Origin: Vampirovibrionales bacterium
GTDB lineage: Bacteria > Cyanobacteriota > Vampirovibrionia > Vampirovibrionales > Vampirovibrionaceae
Length of the DNA: 64,000 nucleotides
Direction: 5' to 3'
NCBI GenBank assembly: GCA_029866025.1
Contig: JARXAD010000002.1
Location: forward strand, 49,688-113,687
Part shown: positions 11,038-21,313 of the stretch, piece by piece
Numbering within the stretch: the stretch's first letter is position 1
How the letters are laid out: every line of letters starts with the position of its first letter
The notes under the pieces: model-generated
The model's database searches: none
The model's input: the letters and a program-made list of their open reading frames with translations, nothing else
Told to the model about the DNA's origin: nothing
Made by a program: the position numbers and the translations under genes

Positions 11038-12842
11038 ATCATCGGTTTAATGCCCATATAATCCATACTATCAGTAACAATTTGTTTAAAAATAGGCCCC
11101 GCCACCGTACTCCCCCACGATTCTGCCATGCGGGGGGTATCCACCAGCACAAAAATAAGCACTTCCGGCTTCTCTGCAGGGTAAAACCCCACAAAAGACG
11201 TAAACAAATCCGAGCTGTAGCCTTTACCGCTATTACTGGGTTTGCGAGAGGTGCCCGTTTTACCGGCAATGCGAATTCCCGGCACCCGCACCGAGGATAC
11301 TTTGGGGCGATCAATGGCTTTGGCCAAAAGCTGAGTGAGGTCGGTGGCGGTTTTTTCAGTTAGTACACGGCGACGAATGGGTTCTCTGCTGCCCATACTG
11401 GCTACGTGGGGCTGTATCCACACGCCCCCATTGGCAATGGCTGCTACTGCTGCTGCCATTTGAAGGGGCGTGGCGGCCAATCCATAACCGTAACCCAAGC
11501 TAGCCTGGGTGGACTGGGTCCACGTATCATAATGAGGCAACAACCCAGCGGATTCTCCTGGTAAATCAAGCCCCGTAGGCTGGCCAAAGCCAAAGCGCTT
11601 CAACAGTTCGTACTGAAGAGGCTTCGGCGTCATCATAGAAATTTTGGCGCTGGCAATGTTGCTGCTGTGCTCTAGCAGGTAGGTCAGGTCAATCATGCCA
11701 GGATGAGGGCGCTTGTGGTAATCGTAGTTTTGGATGGTCCATTTTTCAATCACCATGCGGCCCGTATCCAGTATTTTGCTATCGGGTTGTATCGCACCAC
11801 TTTCCAAGCCATTGGCCAAGGTTAAAATTTTCATGGTGCTACCCGGCGGGTACACATCACTCACCGCCCAGTTTTTTAGATTTTCATAGCCATAACGGTA
11901 ATAATGTTCTGGCGTATACGTCGGCGTTACGGCAAAGGCTAAAATATCGCCCGATTTTGGCTGTAACATTACCACGGCACCACGCTTGGCTTTGGATTTA
12001 GCGAGCCCTTCGGTTAATGCTTTTTCCGCAATAAACTGCAAGCGGGCATCAATGGTTAGGGTCACGTCATCGGACTTGGGCAAGCTCACTACTTCTGGGG
12101 CACGAAACGCTTCAATGTTAAGCAACTGGCCATGACCATCCAACATGGGCAAGCGGCCCAATAAAGGAGCCTTTTTTAAAGTTTCCCGTTGCGCATACTC
12201 AACCCCACTACTGACCCCCGTATCATCATTCACATACCCCAGAACATGGGCCGCCAACTGACCTTGAGGGTATTGGCGCACTGTTTTTTTAGGAAAATCC
12301 AAGCCACCAATGGGCTTACGCTCACCGTCCACTTCAATTTTTAATGCACGTAGGGCTTGTACCGTTTCTTTTTCCAAGTTACTGGCCAAGCGAATAGTGC
12401 TAAGCGGCTTACTTAAATCTTCTGACAACCGAGCCGCTGGCATGTGGAGAACAGGGGCAATAGCGGTGGCAATTTGCTCTGGAGATGCCTTGCCAAAGTA
12501 CTCTGGGTGGGCAAAGGCATCGTATAAAATTTGGTCTTGCGCCATTACCATGCCATGACGATCGAGAATGGTGCCACGGTGGTATAGGCTTGTGGCATGG
12601 CTTCGAGACTGCTTTGCTTTTTGCTGAAGCTGGCCGCCCGTAATGAGCTGTAAATAAACCAGTCGCCCCATTAAAACCAGCAACACGACGATGGCAACCA
12701 CACCCACTTGCTGAAGGCGACGCGTTAGCACATGGTGGGGCTTGGCAGCCAGCGGTGTTCCTGTAGGTCTAGCAGGAACGGGGCGAGGCCTAGATGCAGC
12801 CGGTGGAAGAGCCATCGTTAATACCCCGTTACAATAGGCCAA
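11034..12842 (-). CDS. Class B penicillin-binding protein (PBP2/FtsI-type peptidoglycan D,D-transpeptidase).
   Basis: N-terminal TM helix and dimerisation domain. The transpeptidase motifs STMK, SSN and KTGT are all present. Confidence 0.85.
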   Translation of the reverse strand: MAYCNGVLTMALPPAASRPRPVPARPTGTPLAAKPHHVLTRRLQQVGVVAIVVLLVLMGRLVYLQLITGGQLQQKAKQSRSHATSLYHRGTILDRHGMVMAQDQILYDAFAHPEYFGKASPEQIATAIAPVLHMPAARLSEDLSKPLSTIRLASNLEKETVQALRALKIEVDGERKPIGGLDFPKKTVRQYPQGQLAAHVLGYVNDDTGVSSGVEYAQRETLKKAPLLGRLPMLDGHGQLLNIEAFRAPEVVSLPKSDDVTLTIDARLQFIAEKALTEGLAKSKAKRGAVVMLQPKSGDILAFAVTPTYTPEHYYRYGYENLKNWAVSDVYPPGSTMKILTLANGLESGAIQPDSKILDTGRMVIEKWTIQNYDYHKRPHPGMIDLTYLLEHSSNIASAKISMMTPKPLQYELLKRFGFGQPTGLDLPGESAGLLPHYDTWTQSTQASLGYGYGLAATPLQMAAAVAAIANGGVWIQPHVASMGSREPIRRRVLTEKTATDLTQLLAKAIDRPKVSSVRVPGIRIAGKTGTSRKPSNSGKGYSSDLFTSFVGFYPAEKPEVLIFVLVDTPRMAESWGSTVAGPIFKQIVTDSMDYMGIKPMI

Positions 12843-13342
12843 CGCCTCTGAGCATCCTGGCCATTGGTATTTCTTAAAGCCGAGCCAATGGCCACAGTCT
12901 GGGGCAAGGGCTGACCCATGGGTGCCATTAAGGTTAGGGTTTCTTTAGGAGCGCTCAACCATTGAGAATCTTGAGCATTTTTCATAATGCCCGTAAAGGA
13001 TTGTAATCGGTTGAGGTGAATGGATCGTGCTGTATTCGACTCTTGAATCGCTTGGGTTTCTTGAATCAATTGTTGCATGGTAAATTTTTGGTGCACTACC
13101 CAACCGTACGTCGCAATGGTTATTAAAAATCCTGCTGTTACCGCACTCAGTAAAAACCGATTCCATTTTTCTAAAAAAGCCTGATGCCCTATCTGCCGAA
13201 CCAATTGCCGAAAAATCTGCTGTAAAAAAAGGCCCAGCCACCAGGCAGAAGTCTTTGGCAAAGGCTTTTTCACCACGGCTGGGTCATTAAAATCAGTGGG
13301 GGTTGCGCTCGTCATGCCCCTATTATAGGTCGGCTTAGGCAT
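12818..13342 (-). CDS. Single-pass membrane protein with coiled-coil, overlapping the PBP gene start (FtsL/MreC-like partner).
   Basis: 174 aa with one TM (FLLSAVTAGFLITIATYGWVV) followed by a Q-rich helix. It overlaps the PBP start by 25 nt, suggesting an operon. Confidence 0.35.
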   Translation of the reverse strand: MPKPTYNRGMTSATPTDFNDPAVVKKPLPKTSAWWLGLFLQQIFRQLVRQIGHQAFLEKWNRFLLSAVTAGFLITIATYGWVVHQKFTMQQLIQETQAIQESNTARSIHLNRLQSFTGIMKNAQDSQWLSAPKETLTLMAPMGQPLPQTVAIGSALRNTNGQDAQRRWPIVTGY

Positions 13343-13934
13343 TCAACCAAGCAGCCATTACTTCCTTCGCCGATCCGTAACTGACTTCTTTTCTTCGAAT
13401 CACGGGTGGCTAACCCCTCAAGGCCCTTCCTCTGGTTGGTGGAGAACGGCCATTGGGTTTTGTCCTCTGGCCAGAGGAGACCCTTCACCTCCAGTGCACA
13501 ATTTAATAAAGCCAAAAATCTCTTTATTGATAAGGGTTTTTAGCTTTATTATTTTATCTAATTTTGCGTATTAGGAGCTACAACGACCAATGGAAGTTGG
13601 CGTATTAGGGGTAAATACCCACAGGTTTTACTCCGATACCCTCATCACAAGGAACACAGCAAAGTAGGTTTAAAAGAAACCGAAACAAGCGGTGTTCCAC
13701 CCCTTCCAGGAAGGGGACACTTTGATAAAAGCATTCTTTGGACTTGCTTTATGGCAAACCCAAATGAATTCATTCATCCAAGGCTCCTTTCCCGGAAAAA
13801 TGAGTAGGAACAACATATTACACATAACCCTTAGGCTACAGGGCCTATTTGGGTCGTGGTTTTGCCCTAAACAAAACCCCGGCCACAAGTGGGTGGATGC
13901 CTGATGCCTATCGATTGAAAGGAGTCCTTCGACT

Positions 13935-14774
13935 ATGCCACTCGTCATTAATACCAACTCTTCATCCATTAACGCACAGCGTAATTTAGGCGTTAACAGC
14001 ACCATGCTAGCCCGCAGCATTGAGCGCTTATCGTCAGGGTACCGCATTAACCGAGCTGGCGATGATGCCGCCGGTTTGCAGATATCAGAAAACCTTCGTG
14101 CTCAGATTCGAGGCTCTCAGAAAGCCTTGGATAACGTGCAGGACGGGATGAACGTACTTAACATTGCTGATGGTGGACTGCAAGCCATTACCGACAACTT
14201 GCAACGGATGCGTGAACTTGTGGTCCAAGCGGGTAACGATACCAACTCAACCGCGTCTCGTACCGCTATTAAAGCGGAAATTGATCAACTCGTCTTGGAA
14301 ATTACCCGTGTGAGTGACTCCACTCGATTTAACGGGGTGGGCTTGTTAGACGGCACCACTGCTACCATTAACTTGCAGGTGGGTGCCAACGCCGTGGCTG
14401 CCAACGATGTAATTGCTGTGGCTGCCTTTGGTGACATTGACTCAACCGCATTGGGCACCACCGCCGCAGCAGTTTTGGTGGCAACCAACGCCAACGCATT
14501 AACGTCGTTGGGCCTAATTGATACGGCTATTGGAACCGTCAACACCCGTCGATCCACGATTGGTTCTATCTATAACCGATTGGAGAAAGCGGCGACTAAC
14601 CTCTCCATGACGGTAGAAAACACCCAAGCTGCCGAATCTCGTATTCGCAACGTGGATGTGGCTGCAGAAAGTGCCGAGCTCTCTCGTTTCCAAATCTTGC
14701 AGCAATCGGCCACGGCCATGTTGGCACAAGCCAATACCATGCCTCAAATTGCCCTCAAGCTACTGGGAGGTTAA
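13935..14774 (+). CDS. fliC: Flagellin (short, 279 aa).
   Basis: N-terminus MPLVINTNSSSINAQRNLGVN...LSSGYRINRAGDDAAGLQISE. C-terminal D0 helix ELSRFQILQQSATAMLAQANTMPQIALKLLGG. An AAGGAG RBS lies 8 nt upstream. Confidence 0.9.
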   Translation: MPLVINTNSSSINAQRNLGVNSTMLARSIERLSSGYRINRAGDDAAGLQISENLRAQIRGSQKALDNVQDGMNVLNIADGGLQAITDNLQRMRELVVQAGNDTNSTASRTAIKAEIDQLVLEITRVSDSTRFNGVGLLDGTTATINLQVGANAVAANDVIAVAAFGDIDSTALGTTAAAVLVATNANALTSLGLIDTAIGTVNTRRSTIGSIYNRLEKAATNLSMTVENTQAAESRIRNVDVAAESAELSRFQILQQSATAMLAQANTMPQIALKLLGG

Positions 14775-14903
14775 TTCCTGTAGCACGAGCGACTGTCTTT
14801 TTCATTTTCCCCGCTCATTTTTCCAAACGGGGCTGGCGCTCACCGCGCTGGCCCCTTTTTCTACGGGCAACGCCCGTTTTAAAATTTTCATAATGTTGGC
14901 TGC

Positions 14904-15548
14904 TCAATTAACAGAATCTCTATCAGAGCACTCTTGCAAATCGGCTATTTGCTGCTGAAGCACGGCAATGGTTTCACTGAGGGAATCCACCGAGGGCTCT
15001 GATGCGTCTACTGTCCGCTCGCCACCAATGCTCACTACTTTGCCTGGAATTCCTACCACCGTAGCCTCCGGTGGTATATCACTCAGCACCACAGAACTAG
15101 CCCCCACCACCGAATCATGGCCAATAGTGATATTACCCAACACTTTGGCCCCGCTACCAATCACCACCCGGTTTTGCAAGGTAGGATGCCGCTTGGCGCC
15201 TTTATCTTTGCCGGTACCACCCAAGGTAACGCCCTGAAACAAGGTCACATCGTCGCCAATGACGGTGGTTTCACCAATCACCACACCCATGCCATGATCA
15301 ATAAACAGACGTTTACCCAGTGTGGCACCGGGATGAATCTCAATCCCCGTCCAAAAGCGGTTCCACTGAGAGAGAATGCGAGCCGGCAGCCGCAGTTGCT
15401 TTTTCCACAAGGCGTTTGCTAGGCGATGCCCCCATGCAGCATGAAGTCCGGGGTAACACAGCACCACCTCGAAGCGAGATTTTGCCGCAGGGTCTCGCTG
15501 GAGGATGGTGCGAATGTCGTCTCGCAGGCGGCAAATAATAGGGAACAT
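14904..15548 (-). CDS. cysE: Serine O-acetyltransferase.
   Basis: N-terminal SAT helix domain and hexapeptide repeats [44 protein letters not shown]. Confidence 0.85.
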   Translation of the reverse strand: MFPIICRLRDDIRTILQRDPAAKSRFEVVLCYPGLHAAWGHRLANALWKKQLRLPARILSQWNRFWTGIEIHPGATLGKRLFIDHGMGVVIGETTVIGDDVTLFQGVTLGGTGKDKGAKRHPTLQNRVVIGSGAKVLGNITIGHDSVVGASSVVLSDIPPEATVVGIPGKVVSIGGERTVDASEPSVDSLSETIAVLQQQIADLQECSDRDSVN

Positions 15549-15554
15549 ATCAGG

Positions 15555-16544
15555 TTACAGTAAGGCTTTTAAGGCCTCATCCAATTCGGCGTGCTTAAAC
15601 TGGTAGCCGGTTTCCTGCAAACGCACGGGGCGTACCTTGGTGCTGGCTAAAAACAAGGCATTGGCCATCTCCCCCACCGGTGACAGTCGCAACGCCAAGG
15701 CAGGAGCCGCAATGCTGTTAGCCAAACCGGCCAAAGGCTTAAACAAAAAGGCCCGTTTGCTTAAGGCGCGGGTAAACACCTTGTTGGTAACGGGGTTGGG
15801 CGCCACCACGTTAATGGGCCCCTTAAGGCTAGCCGTGTTAAGGGTGTGAATAAAGGCCCCCACCACATCATCCAGGCTTACCCAGCTCATAAACTGTTTT
15901 CCATCACCAAAGGGGCCAGCGGCACCCAGCATAAAGGCGGGTAACATGGTTTTTAAGGCACCGCCATCGGGGCTTAACACAATGCCCAAGCGCATATTGG
16001 CCACCCTTATACCCGCAGCTTTGGCAGGCAAGGCGGCTTCTTCCCACGCTTGGCAGGTGGCGGCTAAAAAATCGGGGCCCCATTGAGGATCGCACAAGAA
16101 AAAAGGCTTATCGCGAGGTTGGCGATGAATGGCATGGCCCGGGTCGGCGGTTTCCGATAGTTCCGTATCGCCACGGTGGCCGTAATACCCAATGGCGCTG
16201 GCGCTAATAAAGCTGTGGGGCTTGTGTTCTAGCCCTGCTAAGGCGTTGGCCAGTACCAAGGTGCCTTGCACGCGGCTGTTTTTAATGGCGGCTTTTTTGG
16301 CGCTGCTCCAGCCCAAGCCCACAATGGGCTCTCCGGCTAGGTGAATGACGGCATCCACGTGGGCGGCTTCGAGGGCTTCGGTATCAATGAGGCCTTTGGC
16401 GGGGTTCCAACGAATCTCGTTAGCCCCGACCGTTTGGCCCGCTTTGGGGCGCACCAATTTAACAATGTCGTGGCCTTGGGCCGTTAGGGCTTGGCACAAG
16501 GCATTGCCCACCAAACCGTTGGCACCACTGATTAAGACTTTCAT
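15555..16544 (-). CDS. TIGR01777/YfcH-family NAD-dependent epimerase (DUF1731 C-terminus).
   Basis: MKVLISGANGLVGNAL Rossmann start at ATG 16544; the track ORF extends to 16607. The C-terminal domain is typical of the family. Confidence 0.7.
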   Translation of the reverse strand: MKVLISGANGLVGNALCQALTAQGHDIVKLVRPKAGQTVGANEIRWNPAKGLIDTEALEAAHVDAVIHLAGEPIVGLGWSSAKKAAIKNSRVQGTLVLANALAGLEHKPHSFISASAIGYYGHRGDTELSETADPGHAIHRQPRDKPFFLCDPQWGPDFLAATCQAWEEAALPAKAAGIRVANMRLGIVLSPDGGALKTMLPAFMLGAAGPFGDGKQFMSWVSLDDVVGAFIHTLNTASLKGPINVVAPNPVTNKVFTRALSKRAFLFKPLAGLANSIAAPALALRLSPVGEMANALFLASTKVRPVRLQETGYQFKHAELDEALKALL

Positions 16545-16656
16545 TGCAGGAGATTCCTTATTTGACCAATGCAGGCAATTAACCGCATTGTAACTCAACC
16601 CCCGCATTGGGATAAGGGTTGTGTTTCTGCAAGGTAGTATCTAATTTTCAAGCCAT

Positions 16657-16839
16657 TTACTTAAGCTTTCTCGCAATCTCCTCGGCAACATCACTAGCCC
16701 AAGGATACCTGTCATAATTAATTTTATAGGGAATCTCTAGTGATTTACCATCATGGACAGTAAGCTGATTTTGAGTAAGATCGCCTTCGACAGCGCATCG
16801 TGTTGCTTTACGAAGGGCAACTACAGCCCTATTCATCAT
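16657..16839 (-). CDS. Small hypothetical protein (60 aa), AT-rich.
   Basis: ORF only. Preceded by a 170-bp AT-rich gap containing the direct repeat gtgaccgagtgaccgagt. Confidence 0.25.
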   Translation of the reverse strand: MMNRAVVALRKATRCAVEGDLTQNQLTVHDGKSLEIPYKINYDRYPWASDVAEEIARKLK

Positions 16840-17012
16840 TTCCCGAGAGGGGGTTGCTGTAGTAAATTTAACAATACTTGAAAAAGTGACCGAGTGACCG
16901 AGTATACATAGGGTTTTTTACCTTATAGGCTAACAATAATAAAAAAACTAAAGGCCAACGCCCCAACCAAGGGGATAAAACACCTGAAAAACCACCATTG
17001 CCTTTTTGGGTC

Positions 17013-18092
17013 CTACAACACCCCGCGGCGCTCCTGGTCGCGCTCTATGGATTTAAAGAGGGCCCCAAAGTTACCGTGGCCAAAGCCCTCGTGCTGCTTG
17101 CGCTGTATAAACTCAAAAAAAATGGGGCCAAACTGGTTTTGGGTAAATATTTGCAACAAGTAGCCCTCGTCGTCGCCATCCACCAACACTTGGTGGGCCT
17201 TAATGCGGGCTTTGTCTTCGGTTACGCCCTGCACACGGTCAAAAATGGTGTCGTAATAGTCGTTATCAATATCTAGGGTGGCAATATGGCTGGTTTTCAT
17301 GGCATCCAAGGTGTCTAGCAGGCTGCTGGTGTGCAACGCAATGTGCTGAATCCCTTCGCCATGATACTCGCGAATGTATTCGGCAATTTGAGATTTTTCT
17401 TCGGTGGCCTCGTTGATGGGCAGGCTAAAGGTTTTGCAGGGCGATTGGAGGGCATACGACAGCAAGCCCGTTTTTTCGCCACGAATATCAAAGAACTGAA
17501 GATCGGTAAAGCCAAAGATGTTTTTGTAAAAATCGCTCCAGACTTCTTTTTTGCCTTGCTCCACGTTGTTGGTGAGGTGGTCAATACACTCAAACCCGGT
17601 GCTAGGCACCAGCGTTGGGTTGGCAATGGGCTCCAAGCCATGAGACGCCCCATCGGCTTGGGTATAAAAGCCATTGACAAAGTAAATGGCACTGCCTCCC
17701 ACACCTTCCACGGCTAGGTAGTCATGGTCCACGCTGGACTTTGGCGTAGCCCCACGTGCCACGGCTGTTTCAAAGGCGGCCTCAGGGTTTTCCACCTCAA
17801 AGGCCATAGCACAGGCACTTTGGCCATGCAGGCTGGCAAATTGGCTGGCAAACCCGCCTTGGCGGGTATTGAGTAGGAAGTGAACATTGTTCAATCGGTA
17901 GTTAAACACCGTGCCATCGAAACTTTGGCGCACTTTGCTAAGGCCCAAGCGGGTAAACACATCGTTAAAGGCCTCAGGGTTAGGGCCGGCGAACTCAATA
18001 AAGGCAATACCTTGAATGCCACAGGGGTTTAACTCAGAAGTCGAGGCAACGTTGGTCATAGGGGCAGGGGCTTCCAAAGTGGTGATGGTCAT
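17013..18092 (-). CDS. hppD: 4-hydroxyphenylpyruvate dioxygenase.
   Basis: Two VOC/glyoxalase-like modules. C-terminal GFGHGNFGALFKSIERDQERRG matches the HPPD C-terminal signature. Confidence 0.85.
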   Translation of the reverse strand: MTITTLEAPAPMTNVASTSELNPCGIQGIAFIEFAGPNPEAFNDVFTRLGLSKVRQSFDGTVFNYRLNNVHFLLNTRQGGFASQFASLHGQSACAMAFEVENPEAAFETAVARGATPKSSVDHDYLAVEGVGGSAIYFVNGFYTQADGASHGLEPIANPTLVPSTGFECIDHLTNNVEQGKKEVWSDFYKNIFGFTDLQFFDIRGEKTGLLSYALQSPCKTFSLPINEATEEKSQIAEYIREYHGEGIQHIALHTSSLLDTLDAMKTSHIATLDIDNDYYDTIFDRVQGVTEDKARIKAHQVLVDGDDEGYLLQIFTQNQFGPIFFEFIQRKQHEGFGHGNFGALFKSIERDQERRGVL

Positions 18093-18316
18093 GAGGGGTG
18101 TCTCCCAATAATAAAGTAGCTGCTATTAAGTAAATGAATACAGTGAAGAATCCACACCTTACCTAAAAGAAAGGTTCCAAACAATTACCCATGTCAGTGC
18201 CAACAGTCTAGGTAATTTTTCTCACGTCGTTGGGGCGCATCATTGCTTTACTAAGGGTATCAAATCACTTCCTCTCTTAAACCAGCGAATAAACCACCCT
18301 GAAGGATGACCCAACC

Positions 18317-19036
18317 ATGAGCAATTCGACATTTTCGACTTTGTTGACATCTCCTCACAATCCCTTTTCACAAAATGCCGTCAAATTTGGTGAAGAAGGT
18401 AACAACTCTCCCTATGGCATTCGGCAAATTGGCACGCAGCAATACCTGCCCATTCAAGCCAAGCGGCAGCTCACCCCTTTAGACCAAGCAGAAGTACAGC
18501 GGGGCCTAAGCCAATGGTTCCCCAACATATTTCAAAGTTATGCCACGCCCTTGTACAAAATGCTGGCCAGCCCCTTTAAATCATCACTTTTAAGTGGCTT
18601 AGTGGCCGGTGGTGCTGCTGCATTGTACGCAGGCCTTAGCCGCTTGGGGGGAGGGACCATTGCGTTGGTGGGCGGTGGGGCGGCTTTACTAGTGGGTATT
18701 ATCAGCTACTTCAGTCGTCAGCAAGCCAACGACAATGTATTGGACTTGATGCAGCGCTTGCCCGAAGGCGCCACCAAGCGGGACATGCTATCCGACCCCG
18801 TGTACCAAAAAGATTTGGATCGGCGTGCTATGGCGGCTGGGGGTTACGGCGGCGGCGGTGATTTAAGCACCCTCCTCATTGCCCAGTCCCTTATGGGTGG
18901 CCATTATGGGGGAATAGGCCACGCCAACAGCTTTCGCAACGTCTCGTATGGCGGCGGCTCACGGAGTCTAAGCCGTCCATCCTACAGTCGGCCTATCAGC
19001 GTTCGGCCCACCGTAATACGTTCCAGCCGTCGCTAA
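18317..19036 (+). CDS. Glycine-rich membrane protein, hypothetical.
   Basis: TM segment LLSGLVAGGAAALYAGL...LLVGIISYF and GGYGGGGD/GGHYGGIG low-complexity. The C-terminal tail is rich in R, S and P. Confidence 0.4.
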   Translation: MSNSTFSTLLTSPHNPFSQNAVKFGEEGNNSPYGIRQIGTQQYLPIQAKRQLTPLDQAEVQRGLSQWFPNIFQSYATPLYKMLASPFKSSLLSGLVAGGAAALYAGLSRLGGGTIALVGGGAALLVGIISYFSRQQANDNVLDLMQRLPEGATKRDMLSDPVYQKDLDRRAMAAGGYGGGGDLSTLLIAQSLMGGHYGGIGHANSFRNVSYGGGSRSLSRPSYSRPISVRPTVIRSSRR

Positions 19037-20613
19037 AGGGTGTTAATCAAGGCTTGTTCTGCTACCAACAAGGGGTGAGCGTTGCACTCCGCCGCCGTCC
19101 AAAAGGCTTTACCACAAGGTTGCAAGGATTGTCCGTAATGCGCTTGGTAGCGCTTGGACTGGTGCGCTTGAATTTGAGTTATCGGCACCTCTGTTAGATA
19201 TATTTGGGTATGAATGGCCAAAGCCGCCGCAATGCCCAAGGCTTCGCCCACCATAGCGTTGTGCTGAATGATACGACAAGCCCCTTGGGCCACAGGTCCA
19301 TAGCCGGCACTTCGCCCCACCACCGCCAAGTTGTTATAATCCCCTGTGGGAAACACAGACCCCAGCCCCACGTTAAACACGGGCTTAGGGAAGGACTTTA
19401 ACTGGGGCGCGTATTGCTTCAGGTTGGCACCACGCCAATCCACCCAATAACTAAAGGTGCCAATGGCCTCCGATTCATCCACTCCACCTTGCAAGAGTGA
19501 GGCCCCCGTCACCATGGCTTGCGTGCAAACCTGCACCGATTGCCGCACGTATGGCATGGTGGCCATTGAGACTGAGCCAACGGTCAAGCCGCCAACCTCA
19601 CGCAAAAACTGGCAAAAACTATCTACGGCTTGCGCCATTTCGCTGGGCATACCGTGTTTTCCTTGGGAGAGGGCGATGTCCTCATCCGTCGAATCGCCGT
19701 GAAACACAATACCATTGAACCCAAAGGCTTCGTTAGATTGGCCTTTGTTCAGCCACGCCGTGTTAAAGCCGTCAATTTTGGGAGAGGCTGAGGGGTAGCT
19801 CTCGGGTGTGCCGCCCCGCCACCGATGCCAATGCAACCCAATGATGGGGTTGAGAATATCCACATAGTCTTCATCCTCAGGAGAAAACACGGGCCGCGTC
19901 AGCAATTCGGCTTGCTCAGTCTGCGAAAGCCAAGGCAGCCCCGCGGCAATCAACTGAGGGGTATCAGGGTGTTGGCGAAGTATTTCCTCAAAGGCAATGA
20001 GGGCTTGTCGTGTCAATCCACAGAGGGTAAACAGCGGGCTAATGCCCAAGGTATTGGGGGCAGCGGAATTACCCGATACTTGTTGCAGCAAACCGCCCAA
20101 CCCTTGGATGAAGCGACACCCGGCCAGCCGTGCTACATCGGCATCAGGGGTGGCGTCTATCATTACTGTGGTGTGAAAAGCTTGGCCTTGCTGGGTAAGC
20201 ACTTCCCAGCCTGTGGCTTGTGGTTCAATAGCGGTCGCGTTACCAGTCGCTACCTCAACCCCAGCCTCGGTTAACATGGCTCGCAGGGTGTTCGAAGCCC
20301 GTTGGGCATCGAGGGCAACTCGAATCACCCCAGCCCGCTGTAAAAATTCATCAAACAAGGGGGATTTATAGAGGGCAGAAACCTCATTGAGGGTAATGTC
20401 CATATAACTCAGGCCTCCCCAGGTGGACAGCCCCCCCAGCAGTCCCGTTTCCTCAAAGGCGGGCGGAGCTAATAACATCACCGAGCCTTGGCAACCCAAA
20501 GCCTTCAGCGCCCGTGCCGCCGAGACGGCTGCCAAACAGCTTTCAATCTCATCGCCAACCACTAAAATATCAACGGGCTTACTACTCATTACAAATTGGT
20601 GCTGGTGCCACAA
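19033..20613 (-). CDS. Hypothetical protein with a degenerate FAD/NAD(P)-binding Rossmann-like N-terminus (FAD-oxidoreductase-like).
   Basis: DILVVGDEIESCLAAVSAARALKALG resembles hhhVGxGxxGxxAAxxAAR with the glycines substituted. A second region is ATGNATAIE...VMIDATPDADV. It overlaps the upstream zinc-ribbon gene by 25 nt. Confidence 0.3.
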   Translation of the reverse strand: MWHQHQFVMSSKPVDILVVGDEIESCLAAVSAARALKALGCQGSVMLLAPPAFEETGLLGGLSTWGGLSYMDITLNEVSALYKSPLFDEFLQRAGVIRVALDAQRASNTLRAMLTEAGVEVATGNATAIEPQATGWEVLTQQGQAFHTTVMIDATPDADVARLAGCRFIQGLGGLLQQVSGNSAAPNTLGISPLFTLCGLTRQALIAFEEILRQHPDTPQLIAAGLPWLSQTEQAELLTRPVFSPEDEDYVDILNPIIGLHWHRWRGGTPESYPSASPKIDGFNTAWLNKGQSNEAFGFNGIVFHGDSTDEDIALSQGKHGMPSEMAQAVDSFCQFLREVGGLTVGSVSMATMPYVRQSVQVCTQAMVTGASLLQGGVDESEAIGTFSYWVDWRGANLKQYAPQLKSFPKPVFNVGLGSVFPTGDYNNLAVVGRSAGYGPVAQGACRIIQHNAMVGEALGIAAALAIHTQIYLTEVPITQIQAHQSKRYQAHYGQSLQPCGKAFWTAAECNAHPLLVAEQALINTL

Positions 20614-20795
20614 CTAGGGCAACGGTACAGGGTTTCTCCTAGCTGATTAAGACCCGAATAGGCCATAACGTTTCCGCAGCGACACATAATTTCCTGAGAC
20701 ACAGCCCCTTCAGCACTACCTGCGCACGCATCATTCAAACAACGCTTACCTAATTCGGTTTTCATCACACGCCCCCCGCACACATCACAAGGCAT
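20589..20795 (-). CDS. Small zinc-ribbon protein (68 aa, four CxxC-type pairs).
   Basis: CDVCGG...CLNDAC...CRCG...CPSCG. Translationally coupled to the 526-aa ORF. Confidence 0.5.
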   Translation of the reverse strand: MPCDVCGGRVMKTELGKRCLNDACAGSAEGAVSQEIMCRCGNVMAYSGLNQLGETLYRCPSCGTSTNL

Positions 20796-20832
20796 TGTTT
20801 GTCTCCTTCGCTTAATTCGGCTAAAACCGAGA

Positions 20833-20906
20833 TGGAGGTGGCACCCAGATTCGAACTGGGGATAGGGGTTTTGCAGACCCCGGCCTTACCACTTGGCGAT
20901 GCCACC
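20833..20906 (-). tRNA. tRNA-Cys (GCA) with encoded CCA.
   Basis: Reverse-complement GGTGGCATCGCCAAGTGGTAAGGC-CGGGGTCTGCAAAACCCC-TATC-CCCAGTTCGAATCTGGG-TGCCACC-T-CCA. Anticodon loop CTGCAAA. Confidence 0.85.
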
Positions 20907-20973
20907 GAATCCTCTATTGAGACCCATTAGCATAGGTAAAACACCCGCCTCCGTCCACCAGCCCCCAAGGGGG

Positions 20974-21270
20974 CCAGCCAAAGGCTGGTTTATCTACTGA
21001 AATCAAGCGTAAACCTTTAAAGCTATTGATATTAACGCCCAATGCCACTCTATAAACCCAGCCAGCCAAAGGCTGGTTTATCTACTGAAATCAAGCGTAA
21101 GCCTTTAAAGCTATTGATATTAACGCCCAATGCCACTCTATAAACCCAGCCAGCCAAAGGCTGGTTTATCTACTGAAATCAAGCGTAAGCCTTTAAAGCT
21201 ATTGATATTAAACCCCCAATGCCACTCTATAAACCCAGCCAGCCTAAAGGCTGGTTTATAGACTGGTCTT
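20974..21270 (+). repeat. 3.3 tandem copies of an 88-bp unit, each with a 6-bp hairpin (CCAGCC aaa GGCTGG) plus U-rich tail and a promoter-like TTGATA-N19-TATAAA.
   Basis: Unit starts at 20974, 21062, 21150 and 21238 (degenerate). Copies differ by 1-2 SNPs. Confidence 0.85.
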
Positions 21271-21313
21271 TGGCGTAAGCATTGATAATTTTCGGGATTT
21301 ACGCCAAAGACCA
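21264..21313 (+). promoter_or_regulatory. Perfect 15-bp inverted repeat (TGGTCTTTGGCGTAA ... TTACGCCAAAGACCA) with a 20-nt loop. It is followed by a second small hairpin ACCCGCC-TT-GGCGGGT.
   Basis: Read directly. It lies 80 bp upstream of the SPFH gene start. Confidence 0.5.

Noticed and set aside
20974-21270. Possible CRISPR array at the 88-bp tandem repeats
   Set aside because: Whole 88-bp units repeat head-to-tail with no unique spacers, and no cas genes are nearby. This is a tandem repeat, not repeat-spacer architecture.
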